Shown piece after piece: positions 40,615-51,013 of a stretch of DNA of 64,000 nt. The position numbers were made by a program, and so were the translations under genes. This stretch comes from Salinispira sp. (GTDB lineage Bacteria > Spirochaetota > Spirochaetia > DSM-27196 > Salinispiraceae), in assembly GCA_965226555.1 (NCBI GenBank), contig CBDDDG010000012.1:1-64000 (forward strand). The letters run 5' to 3'. The notes beneath the pieces were generated by a model. That model ran no database searches, was not told the DNA's origin, and was given only the letters and a program-made list of their open reading frames with translations. Within the stretch, counting starts at the first letter, position 1. Each line of letters opens with the position of its first letter.

Positions 40615-41757
40615 ATGGTAAAAATTAAAGATACCCCCCACGAGGGAGAACAAGGTGAATTTTTTGATATTTCTGAAATTGAAAAACTCGGTTCTCAGGT
40701 AAATATTTACAAAACAGACAAGCGTCATTATCAACCGAAACAATCAAAAAATGGATATTTTCAACTGCAAAATCGGCGTTACCTCGGTAATAAATATAAA
40801 TTACTTGGATTTATTGAAGATATAATCTCGGAAAAATGTGACTCTGTAAATTCACTTTGTGATATTTTTGCTGGCACCGGCGTTGTCGGTGAAAGGTTTA
40901 ATAGTCCTCATACAAAAATTATTTCTAACGATTTTTTATTTGCAAATTATGTCTGTCTGTATACTTTTTTAGATACCGATAAAGATTTACATGCAATTAT
41001 TTCTCAAAAAATAGATTATCTTAATAATGTGCTCGGCAACAAGGAAAATTATTTTTCAGAGCACTTTGGCGGTAGATATTTCACAAAGGATAACGCGCGA
41101 AAAATAGGGATAATCAGAGAAGAGATAGATAAAATTACACAAAATGAAAGTGAAAAAAATGTTTTGATATGTTCGTTAATATATGCGGCCGACAAGGTGG
41201 CAAATACAGTCGGACACTACGATGCCTTCCATAAAAAATTAACTATGCTTCAGCCGGTAAAATTGCTTGTTCCGGATGTCAGGTACGCGCATAATGCCTG
41301 CAATCAAATTTATAGAGAAGATGCCAATACCCTCATCAGGAAAATTTCTTGTGATGTCTTATATATTGACCCTCCGTATAATTCACGCCAATATTCTGAT
41401 GCATATCATCTTTTGGAAAATCTTGCAGAATGGAAGAAGCCAAAAGTTATTGGGGTTGGTAAAAAAATGGATCGCCTGCATATTAAAAGCGCGTATTGTC
41501 TCAAAAATGCAGCCTGTGCTTTCAGGGATTTAATCAAAAATGCAAGCTGCAAACATATTCTTTTTTCCTACAACAACACAGGTATCTCAAAAGATGGGCG
41601 CTCAAACGCGCGGATGAACGATACTGAAATTTTGCAGATTTTAAAGAATAAAGGAGATGTTGAGATTTTTGAAAAAAGTTATAAAGCTTTCAGCACAGGA
41701 AAAAGTAGCGGTGAAAATAACACAGAACGCATTTTTTATTGTAAGGTAATACCATAA
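40615..41757 (+). CDS. DNA adenine methyltransferase (D12/Dam class)
   Basis: RRYLGNKYKL, DIFAGTGVV, YIDPPYN. Confidence 0.93.
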   Translation: MVKIKDTPHEGEQGEFFDISEIEKLGSQVNIYKTDKRHYQPKQSKNGYFQLQNRRYLGNKYKLLGFIEDIISEKCDSVNSLCDIFAGTGVVGERFNSPHTKIISNDFLFANYVCLYTFLDTDKDLHAIISQKIDYLNNVLGNKENYFSEHFGGRYFTKDNARKIGIIREEIDKITQNESEKNVLICSLIYAADKVANTVGHYDAFHKKLTMLQPVKLLVPDVRYAHNACNQIYREDANTLIRKISCDVLYIDPPYNSRQYSDAYHLLENLAEWKKPKVIGVGKKMDRLHIKSAYCLKNAACAFRDLIKNASCKHILFSYNNTGISKDGRSNARMNDTEILQILKNKGDVEIFEKSYKAFSTGKSSGENNTERIFYCKVIP

Positions 41758-41759
41758 CC

Positions 41760-43583
41760 ATGAAAAAACCATGGTCAATTACAACAACATTGAGGAATCC
41801 TGAAAGACTGAGAAATTTTTTGATTGTTCTGAAGCAACTCGAAAATCACACTTGGAGCAGCGAAACCCAAAAAGAATATCAAATACTCCTAATTCAAAAC
41901 AGAATATATGGTTATGGACGTTCCCAATTTTACAAGAACTTGAGACGTGAACAAGTTACTTTAATCAATAATGTGTCACAAAATATTTCATTTGCGCAGG
42001 CTGAGGAAATTTTCAACACTAAACGCTATATAGACTCGGCAATGCGTGGCAGACAATCATTAAATCCACTTAAAAAATTGGGTTTTGTTGCTATTGAACA
42101 TGGAAAATTAAAAATAACCGATCTGGGAAATCTTTTGCTGGAAGAAAATTTTGATTTTGGAGAACTTTTCTTTAGAAGTTTTTTAAAGTGGCAAATACCA
42201 AATCCCAATAGCTACCGAAGCTATCCTCCCAATGGGGTGTATAATATCAAACCGTTTATGGGAACCCTTCACTTGATTAACTCTGTTAATCAAAAAGAAA
42301 TCCTTCGCGGCAAGAAACGCAAAGGTATTAGTAAAGAAGAGTTTTCTCTTTTTTGTCCTACTCTTATTCATTATGACCTTATAGAGAAATATGCTGATGA
42401 AATAATAACGCTGAGAAATAAACTTGTCAAAAAGACCAAGGATGAACAAAGGGTGATTTTTAACGATTACAGAGACAAATTTGCCCGTGATTTCTTTAAC
42501 GTCAGTAACAAAAATGAAATTGATACACTGCTCAAAAATCTCCAGGATTATGGAGATAACGCGATTCGTTATTTTCGCTTAACTCGATATCTTTATATTC
42601 GCGGTCATGGTTTTTACGTTGATCTTGAACCGCGGAGAGAAGTTGAGATTAATTCTTTACTTGCGTACGACAATGCGCAAATACGGGAATTCGTATCAAA
42701 GAAAGAGTATTTGTCTTATATTTCAGACATTGCTCAGCCTCATTTACCATGGGAAACAAGGGAAAAGTATTGTGAAATTACAGAATTTCTCATAAGCGAA
42801 ATACATCAATATGAAAAAAGCTTAGGCAAAAAACGTACTGTCGTAAAGGCGCTTAAATCGATGCAGACAGGAGAATTGAAGGGCTATATTGCAACGCTCA
42901 GGACGTTCAGACGTCAACTACAGGAAGAAGAGAATTCGAGAAAATCTCAATCTATTGAAAAAATTCAATCATATATTGAATCATTTAAAAATATTGAGAG
43001 GTCTGATAACCGCCCTGTTCTGCTTGAACAGTTATCTACTCTTGGGTTATATGCACTCAATGATGCCTTAAAAATCCAACCAAATTATCCGGTTGGTGAT
43101 GATAATCAGCCAACTTTCACTGCTCCTGCGAACACACCGGATATTGAATGTTTTTATAAAAATTTCAACGCAATTTGTGAAGTAACCATGCTCAGAGGGC
43201 GCGATCAATGGTACAATGAGGGGCAACCAGTGATGAGACATTTGCGTGATTTTGAGGAAAAAAACCGCGACAAACCCTCATATTGTCTGTTCATTGCGCC
43301 AAGTTTACACCGAGACACGGTCAATACCTTTTGGGTGGCAATTAAATACGAGTATGAGGGAAAATTACAAAAGATTATCCCCCTCACAATCAGTGAATTT
43401 GTTTTAATTCTGAAAATATTACTCCAAATGAAAAAGGACGAAAAGGTCTTGAAGCATTCTGAAATATCTCGTTTATATGATGAGATTCTACAATCTTCAC
43501 AGTTATACAAGAATGCTCAGGAATGGGTAAAAAGTATTTCAGAAACTATCTCGACATGGGGAAACTCTGTAACCCAATCATAA
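41760..43583 (+). CDS. AlwI-family type IIS restriction endonuclease
   Basis: KPWSITTTLRNPER, KWQIPNP, DYGDNAIRYFRLT, PDIE...EVT...EGQPVMRH. Confidence 0.88.
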   Translation: MKKPWSITTTLRNPERLRNFLIVLKQLENHTWSSETQKEYQILLIQNRIYGYGRSQFYKNLRREQVTLINNVSQNISFAQAEEIFNTKRYIDSAMRGRQSLNPLKKLGFVAIEHGKLKITDLGNLLLEENFDFGELFFRSFLKWQIPNPNSYRSYPPNGVYNIKPFMGTLHLINSVNQKEILRGKKRKGISKEEFSLFCPTLIHYDLIEKYADEIITLRNKLVKKTKDEQRVIFNDYRDKFARDFFNVSNKNEIDTLLKNLQDYGDNAIRYFRLTRYLYIRGHGFYVDLEPRREVEINSLLAYDNAQIREFVSKKEYLSYISDIAQPHLPWETREKYCEITEFLISEIHQYEKSLGKKRTVVKALKSMQTGELKGYIATLRTFRRQLQEEENSRKSQSIEKIQSYIESFKNIERSDNRPVLLEQLSTLGLYALNDALKIQPNYPVGDDNQPTFTAPANTPDIECFYKNFNAICEVTMLRGRDQWYNEGQPVMRHLRDFEEKNRDKPSYCLFIAPSLHRDTVNTFWVAIKYEYEGKLQKIIPLTISEFVLILKILLQMKKDEKVLKHSEISRLYDEILQSSQLYKNAQEWVKSISETISTWGNSVTQS

Positions 43584-43587
43584 GAAT

Positions 43588-44355
43588 ATGAAAACAAACA
43601 TTATATATAATGAGGATTGTGTTGAGACACTCAACAAGAAAATAGATGAAGAATCTATTGATTTGATATTTGCCGATCCCCCATATAATCTGTCCGGCAA
43701 CGGTTTAAAGTGGAAGGGCAATAAAACTGGCGGAGATTGGTATATGGTAAATGAGGCATGGGACAAAATGTCCGCGCCGGAGCATGTACAATTTACAAGA
43801 AAATGGCTTAGTGCCTGTAATAGGGTTTTGAAAGACAAAGGAGCAATTTATGTTGCATGCAGTTACCATAACATTGCGGAAGTGATGATTGTGTTAAAAC
43901 AGCTTGATTACAAAATAAACAACATCATCACGTGGTATAAGACAAATGCGATGCCAAACATGACAAAACGAATGTTCACACACGCAACGGAATTTGTTGT
44001 CTGGGCGGTAAAAAAAAGTGGTTGGACATTTAACTATGAAGAGATAAAGAAAATAAATCCCGATAAACAAAAAAATGGTAATTTAAAACAGATGCGTGAT
44101 TTTTGGTCGCTCCCCCTCGTTCAGGGTAAGGAACGTTTGCGTAGTAAAAATGGACGCGCACTTCACCCAACACAAAAGCCCGAAGAAATGTTAAAGCGAA
44201 TTATTCTCGCAAGTTCCAACAAGGGCGATGTTGTTCTTGACCCCTTCCTAGGGAGCGGTACAACCTCTTATGTCGCAAAAAAATATGAACGTAAATGGAT
44301 TGGAATTGAAAAAGATAAGAAGTATGTAAAAATTGCCAAAGAAAGAATGAAGTAA
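43588..44355 (+). CDS. N4/N6 DNA methyltransferase (beta class)
   Basis: FADPPYN, HPTQKP, DPFLGSGTT. Confidence 0.94.
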   Translation: MKTNIIYNEDCVETLNKKIDEESIDLIFADPPYNLSGNGLKWKGNKTGGDWYMVNEAWDKMSAPEHVQFTRKWLSACNRVLKDKGAIYVACSYHNIAEVMIVLKQLDYKINNIITWYKTNAMPNMTKRMFTHATEFVVWAVKKSGWTFNYEEIKKINPDKQKNGNLKQMRDFWSLPLVQGKERLRSKNGRALHPTQKPEEMLKRIILASSNKGDVVLDPFLGSGTTSYVAKKYERKWIGIEKDKKYVKIAKERMK

Positions 44356-44380
44356 TTTTATATCCCGTATTCTCGATCAG

Positions 44381-44538
44381 AAACCTTTGCTACTGAAAAT
44401 TGTGCTCCGCACAATTTTTCAATGAGCTTTCTCTCATCTCAGAAAATTGTGCCCCGCACAATTTTTCAATGAGCTTTCTCTCATCTCTATTCTTGATTCT
44501 CTCAAGGTGTGGAAAGTTTTTCCTCAGGAAAAACTTTT
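44381..44538. repeat. AT-rich modular palindromic repeat
   Basis: aaaattgtgc-tcc-gcacaatttt twice; aaagtttttcc-tca-ggaaaaacttt. Confidence 0.9.
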
Positions 44539-44667
44539 GCCTTATGTAAAAATTTCTATTATATTTGTAGAAGCTGGCTATGTTTTAGCCTGTTAATTCC
44601 AATTTCCATGTTGCCCATATGTTTGGGAGCAATGAGGGCGTCGTAAGAGCTCTCAAGGAGGTTTATT

Positions 44668-45189
44668 ATGAAAAAGCACGATTTTATTGATATTCGTGTA
44701 TTTCTGGATGAAATTTTCGGTGTTGCCGAGAATTTCAAGGATGCTTTTACCAAGGAATTCGGTCAGTGGGAGTGCTGCGAGCCCAATTCCAAGTGTTGTC
44801 AGGATTTTTATCCTGCCTATGCGTATCCACCGGTAAATGTATATATTACCGAGAATCGGACAATGGTTATTCAATTCGCTCTCGCGGGATTTGCTGAATC
44901 CGATATTACCTTGGAGTTCAGGGGTGATTATCTGGTGTTTTCAGCAGATATTTCGAACGATTTTGAACCCGAGGAACATGTCAAATACTTTAAAAAGCGG
45001 CTCAAGCTTAAGAGTATTCAGGATCAGCGTTACTTTGTACCCGCCGACAAATATTATCAGGATAAAGTAACAGCCGTTTTTAACAATGCAATTCTCACTG
45101 TCACTATTCTCCCCCGAGATCAGGTGAAGGAAGATGAGGGTGTGAAAGTTAACATTAAAACCGAAAAGCAGGAATCCGGGCAGAAATAG
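44668..45189 (+). CDS. Hsp20/alpha-crystallin family protein
   Basis: YPPVNVY, FALAGF, AVFNNAILTVTI; aaggagg RBS. Confidence 0.9.
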   Translation: MKKHDFIDIRVFLDEIFGVAENFKDAFTKEFGQWECCEPNSKCCQDFYPAYAYPPVNVYITENRTMVIQFALAGFAESDITLEFRGDYLVFSADISNDFEPEEHVKYFKKRLKLKSIQDQRYFVPADKYYQDKVTAVFNNAILTVTILPRDQVKEDEGVKVNIKTEKQESGQK

Positions 45190-45207
45190 ATAACCTAAGG
45201 AGGAACT

Positions 45208-45330
45208 ATGCTTATAGGAATAATAATTGGTGTGATATTGGGCTTTTTCTTTAAACCCCAAATTGAGAATGGCATGAACAAGGTATCGAAATATATAAAA
45301 GATCGGAACAATCGGTCAGACGATTATTAA
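45208..45330 (+). CDS. 40-aa single-TM small protein (absent from the ORF track)
   Basis: aaggagg RBS; MLIGIIIGVILGFFFKPQIENGMNKVSKYIKDRNNRSDDY. Confidence 0.8.
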   Translation: MLIGIIIGVILGFFFKPQIENGMNKVSKYIKDRNNRSDDY

Positions 45331-45391
45331 ATTTTGATAGTCACATCTTAACCTTTGCTCCCTTTCTCCGATAATTCGGAGGGGGGAGTAC

Positions 45392-47884
45392 ATGCAAAAA
45401 CGCAATCAATTCCAATCTCGGTTTCTATCATTCATTATGATAGTTTCTGGACTTTATATTTCTTTATCCGTAACAGGGGGGCTGATTCCGTCCCTCCAAT
45501 TCGGATTGCTTGCTCATGTACCAAACAGTGTACACATTCCGGGCATGTTTTTGTACAATTCATTCGGAATCATGGCCTATTACCCGGCCGTATATCTTAT
45601 ATACAACGGCGCGCTTATCGGGGCACGGAGAGATTCGTTACGGTCTTTTTTTGTTTCCACCCTCATGTTTCTTCCCATGTTGAGTTTGAGCGTTCTTTTT
45701 AGGTTTATGCTCGACAGCAGTTTTATTCAAACAGTAATCGGCGGATGGATGCTTACTGCATTCACGGCATCCGGCGCCATTATGGTTTCGGCTGCAACGA
45801 GCCTTGTGCTGATGCTTCTGGTATTTCAGGTAGGAGTCAGCATTCCGAAAGCCAGGAGAGAGAATGATGACCATGGAGACAGCCGGAATACCGTACAATC
45901 TCCCATACATCTACTCCCTTCACAGACAATTTCCAACGATTTGATAATATCAACAAACTCCAGAGAGAACCGCACAGAGAATCGTGCAGAGAACCGCACA
46001 AGAGAGAATATCCGGTCACTTCTTCAGACTACTATGACCGATTTCAGCTCCCAGCGGCATTCACCGGATGAGGAAAATCACACCGTGACTGAAGACACTA
46101 TGGCGGAAAACACTGTGACTGAAGACATTGAAGCAGCAGAATTGGATGAGCAGCCTGAACTCATTACTTTGAATTTTGGAATACATAATTCCCGCGACTC
46201 CCACGCGCGTAGCGCAGATTATCCTGAAGTTGAAGTGTACGAACCGAAAAATGAAAAAATTCAGGCAATAGTTGATCTCGCTCCAGAGGATTATATTCCC
46301 ATGGATGATCTGCCTGTCTCAGAGCCAGATTCTCCTCCCGCGCCCGCCCCTCTACCCCGTGAGGAAGTTAGTTCGCAGGGTTTCAGATACGAAGATGATG
46401 GAATACCCGCGTACAACATTCCGGTTGAGGGAATTCTTCATCATGCTGTTAAGGAACACTATTGGGTTCTTGATGAGGATTCTACAATGCAAGCCGCTCT
46501 TCTTCGCAGCACACTGGAGGATTTTGGTATTGAGGCAGAGGTGACGGGCGTTCGCAAAGGTCCTGTTATTACCATGTTTGAAATTTTGCCTGCGCCGGGA
46601 GTCAAGTTAAGTAGAATAGTGAATTTGGCAGATAACATTGCCCTGAGTCTTGCGGCAACCAGCGTGAGAATTGTCGCTCCCATTCCGGGGAAGCATGCTC
46701 TCGGTATTGAGGTGCCGAACAAGAAACGTTATTTGGTAACGTTCTCAGAAATTCTTCTGGAAGATGATTTTAAAAACGGAGACCACGCCCTTCCCATAGC
46801 GCTTGGAAAGAACATTACCGGTGAAGCGCAGATCATTGATCTTGCAAAAACGCCGCATCTGCTCATTGCGGGCGCGACAGGAGCGGGAAAATCGGTCTGT
46901 GTGAACAGCCTCATTACATCGCTTCTTTACCGCAGATCTGCCGAAGAAGTTAAAATGATTCTTATTGATCCGAAGATTGTTGAATTGAAATTTTATAACG
47001 GCATTCCTCATTTACTCACACCTGTTATTACCGATCCGAAAAAAGCGTTTCAGGCATTACAGTGGTGCCTCTTTGAAATGGAGCGCCGCTACAGCCTTCT
47101 GGATACAATGGCTGTTCGGGACATAAAGAGTTACAACAGAAAAATTACTGGCGGGGGCAAAGGCACGGGTGCGGGCGCAGACAGGGTCGCTGGCGGAGGC
47201 GGATGCGCGGGCACAGCCGCAACCGCGGCCGATTCTTCCGAAAACGTTCTTCCGTACATTGTTGTTGTTGTAGATGAGTTCGCTGATCTCATGGCAACGA
47301 GCGGGAAGGAACTTGAGTCGACACTTTCCCGACTTGCCGCTATGAGCCGTGCCGTTGGTATTCATCTTGTTCTGGCGACTCAACGGCCCTCCACCGATGT
47401 TATTACCGGACTTATTAAGGCGAACATTCCCAGCCGCATTGCCTTCATGGTTGCCAGCAAGGTGGATAGCCGCATTATCATTGACAGCATGGGAGCGGAA
47501 AAGCTTCTTGGGAAGGGCGATATGCTCCTCACATCTGCCTGGGATCCATTCCCTCAGCGCATACAGGGGGCGTATCTATCGGAAGAAGAAGTGGAACGTG
47601 TTGTTGAGCAGGTGAGAAAGACAGGCGATCCAGAGTACATAGACGATGAAATTTTTATTGGAAGTGATGATGGAAGTATTTCTGGAGCAGGCACCGACGA
47701 TCCTCTTATGGAACAGGCAATAGATATTGTATGTTCGGCGCAGAAGGCCTCTGCGAGTTATTTGCAGCGGCGGCTGAGCATTGGCTATAATCGCGCTGCC
47801 CGTCTCATTGAGGAAATGGAAAACATGGGAATAGTTGGCCCCCAAAACGGTTCCAAGGCCCGCGAGATTCTCCGGCATCTGTGA
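45392..47884 (+). CDS. ftsK: DNA translocase FtsK
   Basis: N-terminal TMs, PHLLIAGATGAGKS, VDEFADLM, ATQRPS, LQRRLSIGYNRAAR. Confidence 0.97.
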   Translation: MQKRNQFQSRFLSFIMIVSGLYISLSVTGGLIPSLQFGLLAHVPNSVHIPGMFLYNSFGIMAYYPAVYLIYNGALIGARRDSLRSFFVSTLMFLPMLSLSVLFRFMLDSSFIQTVIGGWMLTAFTASGAIMVSAATSLVLMLLVFQVGVSIPKARRENDDHGDSRNTVQSPIHLLPSQTISNDLIISTNSRENRTENRAENRTRENIRSLLQTTMTDFSSQRHSPDEENHTVTEDTMAENTVTEDIEAAELDEQPELITLNFGIHNSRDSHARSADYPEVEVYEPKNEKIQAIVDLAPEDYIPMDDLPVSEPDSPPAPAPLPREEVSSQGFRYEDDGIPAYNIPVEGILHHAVKEHYWVLDEDSTMQAALLRSTLEDFGIEAEVTGVRKGPVITMFEILPAPGVKLSRIVNLADNIALSLAATSVRIVAPIPGKHALGIEVPNKKRYLVTFSEILLEDDFKNGDHALPIALGKNITGEAQIIDLAKTPHLLIAGATGAGKSVCVNSLITSLLYRRSAEEVKMILIDPKIVELKFYNGIPHLLTPVITDPKKAFQALQWCLFEMERRYSLLDTMAVRDIKSYNRKITGGGKGTGAGADRVAGGGGCAGTAATAADSSENVLPYIVVVVDEFADLMATSGKELESTLSRLAAMSRAVGIHLVLATQRPSTDVITGLIKANIPSRIAFMVASKVDSRIIIDSMGAEKLLGKGDMLLTSAWDPFPQRIQGAYLSEEEVERVVEQVRKTGDPEYIDDEIFIGSDDGSISGAGTDDPLMEQAIDIVCSAQKASASYLQRRLSIGYNRAARLIEEMENMGIVGPQNGSKAREILRHL

Positions 47885-48405
47885 TATCTGTTATGAGAAT
47901 ATGTTCATTGTGCATGACGGTGTTAGTGCTATTTTCGTTCTCGGCTGCTGCGCAGCCCGCTGGTGTTTCGGATATAGAGGCAGTTCTGGGAGATGATGGC
48001 CGTTTTCTGAGTCCGCCGGTTGGTGTAAGTGAATCGGCGATGTTGGGGCTTATGATTCCGCAGGTACTTGAGGAATATGGCAGCCCGCAGCGTCTCTTCA
48101 GCATTCGCGGCGATGAATCGTGGCAGGATGATGTTGTGTTTTTCTACAATGGTTTTGTCTATTTTTACTGGTTTGAAGACAGGGTCTGGCAGGTTCGTTT
48201 CGATCACCGCCACAACGGAACGGTTGCCGGTGTGAAGATGGGACAGACATTCGATGAGGTTATCGCTGCGCTCGGTTCTCCACACTATGTTGGATCGAAT
48301 GAGATATTTTTCGATGCTCAAGATAGGGGATTCCCGATACGGCTGCGGCTTGTTTTTGAAGATGATCGTCTCCATGATCTGTATCTTTATCGGAGCGATT
48401 TTTAA
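47881..48405 (+). CDS. exported hypothetical protein
   Basis: Signal peptide; GTGA overlap with ftsK. Confidence 0.75.
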   Translation: MISVMRICSLCMTVLVLFSFSAAAQPAGVSDIEAVLGDDGRFLSPPVGVSESAMLGLMIPQVLEEYGSPQRLFSIRGDESWQDDVVFFYNGFVYFYWFEDRVWQVRFDHRHNGTVAGVKMGQTFDEVIAALGSPHYVGSNEIFFDAQDRGFPIRLRLVFEDDRLHDLYLYRSDF

Positions 48406-48406
48406 G

Positions 48407-50161
48407 ATGCGGGACAATACCCGGAGACGGGCTGCGCCGGGCGTTCAGGCATCGGGCTCTCAACCCCCGGGCGTTCACGCGCGAATATGCCTGAGTCTTC
48501 CCGGCCCCAATTGTGCCGCAAATATCCGCGCCATGCAGGGATCGACATATTCGGCTCTTGAATTCCGTCTTGACCGGATGCTCAATGATCTGCCTGCTTT
48601 TATTCCGCAGATTACGAGCCTGATGCAGAATGCTGAACTCATGCGGGTTCTGGATGGAGCGGATGATCCAGATGATTTTTCTATTATTATCACACTCCGA
48701 AGAAAGGAAGACGGCGGTTTTTTTTCTGAACCGGTGTTCAGGTCTGAGGAAATTCTGCTGGAGCTGTTTCAGCAGTTATGTAATGATCCAGTCTGGCCGC
48801 TGCTGAAACCTATGGTTGCAGTGGATATAGAACAGCAGTCTATCATGCAGGATTTCTTTCATTTCATGGATGAAAAAGATATTCGCCGTATACGTTCAGT
48901 ACACTATTTCGATTCCTGCCCTGCGGATATTTCCGGTATTCTTGAAGAACTTGCCGGAGAAGGCCGCAATGAAAAAAATGGCGGAGAACGTGCCGGAAGA
49001 AGATGTATTCCCAAGTTGGCGGCCATGCCTGCTTCTCTGCAGGAGCTTAACCGGATTATTGAAGGCGGGCAGGCATTTGCCGAAAAATTTCCTCAACAGC
49101 CCTTTATTCTTGTTGCCATGGGAGAATTGGGGCGTCCCAGCCGTATTTTACCCGAAAAAACCGGCAGCCGCATAAGTTTTACAGTTCCCGATCAGGCAAC
49201 ATCGGAACAGGCAACAGAAAACGGATCGGAACAGGGCGCGGCACACATCCGTACGACCGGCAGCAAAAAAACGACCGGTCGCATGATCGCCGCCACGGCC
49301 AGCCACATGATCGCCGCCATGACCAGCAGTGAAATGGCGGCATATCGTTCCCTTCGGATATATCGGGATACACCCATTTTTGCAATTATCGGGAACCCTG
49401 TTTCCCACAGCCGCAGTCCGGAATATCATAACCGCGTGTTTTCCGAAAGAAATCTTGAGGCTGTGTACATTCCCCTGCTGTGCGATAGTACCGCGGCTGT
49501 TCCCGATTTTTCCCGGCTTATGAATTTGAGAGGGGCATCGGTTACTATTCCACATAAGGAATCGGTTCGGAGCATATTACACGGTGAAAGTGAGGCCTGC
49601 GCGATAACAGGAGCCTGCAACACTATCTATCTCGATGAAAACGGGAATTGGAGAGGGGAAAATACCGATGTTGAGGGATTCCTCCAGCCGATAAAGCCAA
49701 TCGGTAATGTTCATTCAGCAACAGTAATTGGCGCCGGCGGAGCTGCAAAGTCGATAGTGTATGCTCTTCTGAGAGAGGGGGTGAAGGTGCTCCTCTTGAA
49801 CCGTACTGTGAGCCGGGCAGAGCAGGTTGCCGCCGATATGGAGGCATATTTTCCCGGTGCGGTCTGTCCTGCTCCCCTGAGTTCCGATTCCCTTCCGCGT
49901 ATCCGCAAACATAATCAGCTAATAGTACAAACCACATCGCTCGGCATGGAGGGAAATGAAGATGCCGACCCATTAATCTTTTATGAATTCGATGGCAGTG
50001 AATTTCTCTATGATATTATTTACACCCCGCCTGTTACCGCTATTATAAAGCGGGCGGCTGCCGCCGGCTGCAGATATCAGAATGGTCAGGATATGTTTAT
50101 CGGTCAAGCCGAAGTTCAGGCTGATATTTTTGCGCGTTGTCTCACGAACTGTCTCAGATAG
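48407..50161 (+). CDS. aroE: type I 3-dehydroquinate dehydratase / shikimate dehydrogenase fusion
   Basis: EFRLD, TLRRKEDGG, AMGELGRPSR; GNPVSHSRSP, SVTIPHK, NTDVEG, GAGGAA. Confidence 0.9.
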   Translation: MRDNTRRRAAPGVQASGSQPPGVHARICLSLPGPNCAANIRAMQGSTYSALEFRLDRMLNDLPAFIPQITSLMQNAELMRVLDGADDPDDFSIIITLRRKEDGGFFSEPVFRSEEILLELFQQLCNDPVWPLLKPMVAVDIEQQSIMQDFFHFMDEKDIRRIRSVHYFDSCPADISGILEELAGEGRNEKNGGERAGRRCIPKLAAMPASLQELNRIIEGGQAFAEKFPQQPFILVAMGELGRPSRILPEKTGSRISFTVPDQATSEQATENGSEQGAAHIRTTGSKKTTGRMIAATASHMIAAMTSSEMAAYRSLRIYRDTPIFAIIGNPVSHSRSPEYHNRVFSERNLEAVYIPLLCDSTAAVPDFSRLMNLRGASVTIPHKESVRSILHGESEACAITGACNTIYLDENGNWRGENTDVEGFLQPIKPIGNVHSATVIGAGGAAKSIVYALLREGVKVLLLNRTVSRAEQVAADMEAYFPGAVCPAPLSSDSLPRIRKHNQLIVQTTSLGMEGNEDADPLIFYEFDGSEFLYDIIYTPPVTAIIKRAAAAGCRYQNGQDMFIGQAEVQADIFARCLTNCLR

Positions 50162-50205
50162 AAAATGGTACTACAAAAAGCGGAAAAAACATGACAAGAT
50201 CTGAA

Positions 50206-50946
50206 TTAAAATGTCTGCGGTTTAAAGTCTTCGGCGTTGATAATGGAGGCGCTGGAACCCGTGGCTTTAATGGCAAAGAGCTTCTTTTTTTGAGCGTATT
50301 TATCGGCCGATCCAACAACATTTATGTAGGCAACACCCCCGTAAATAATATCGTTTTGAAAGCGGGGCATGGCTGTTCGAAATAGTTTCATGCTCTTGAG
50401 AAAGTGATCCACATCTTCTACCCTGAGAGTGGTTTTAACTTCAATTACCACCGTTTCATTGCCGTTGCAGGCAATAAGATCAAACTCGGCAAGCGGTTTT
50501 CCCGGAACTTCTATATATTCTCTTCTAACCAAAGTTTTGTCTACGGTAATTCCTCTCATCTTGAGCAACCTTACCAAGTCGCCCTCCACCAAGCTCTCAA
50601 TGAGCTTGCCCCACTGGGAGGTAAAGAGTTCATCGAGCTTTTTTAGCCTGCGGTCGGTTTCCTTCTCTCGACGCTGAGACTCCTTCTCTCGACGCTGAGA
50701 CTCCTTCTCTCGACGCCGAGACTCCAGTCGGGACTCTTCCATTCGGCGGTCAGTTTCCTTCATTTGGCGGTCGGTTTCCTGCATTCGACGGTCGGTTTCT
50801 TGCATTTGGCGGTCGGTTTCCTGCATTCGACGGTCGGTTTCCTGCATTTGACGGTCAATTTCCTTCCCTCGACGCTCAGCCTCCTTTTGGGCCTTTGCCG
50901 TTTCTGCCATCATGTCTTTAATTTCTTGTACGGTTAGTTCTGCCAT
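50206..50946 (-). CDS. coiled-coil heptad repeat + PD-(D/E)xK nuclease-like protein (DUF3782-like)
   Basis: 21-bp repeats encoding ETDRRMQ; WGKLIESLV, EFDLIACNG...IEVKTTL. Confidence 0.85.
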   Translation of the reverse strand: MAELTVQEIKDMMAETAKAQKEAERRGKEIDRQMQETDRRMQETDRQMQETDRRMQETDRQMKETDRRMEESRLESRRREKESQRREKESQRREKETDRRLKKLDELFTSQWGKLIESLVEGDLVRLLKMRGITVDKTLVRREYIEVPGKPLAEFDLIACNGNETVVIEVKTTLRVEDVDHFLKSMKLFRTAMPRFQNDIIYGGVAYINVVGSADKYAQKKKLFAIKATGSSASIINAEDFKPQTF

Positions 50947-51013
50947 TGTCTGCCTCCTCTCTCATGTATAATAGCCTTTTCCGGGACTGAAATCAACTTT
51001 ATTGCACAAGTTT

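Noticed and set aside
44600..44667. RNA thermometer or CIRCE element before hsp20
   Set aside because: Hairpins exist but do not clearly pair the RBS, and no CIRCE consensus is present
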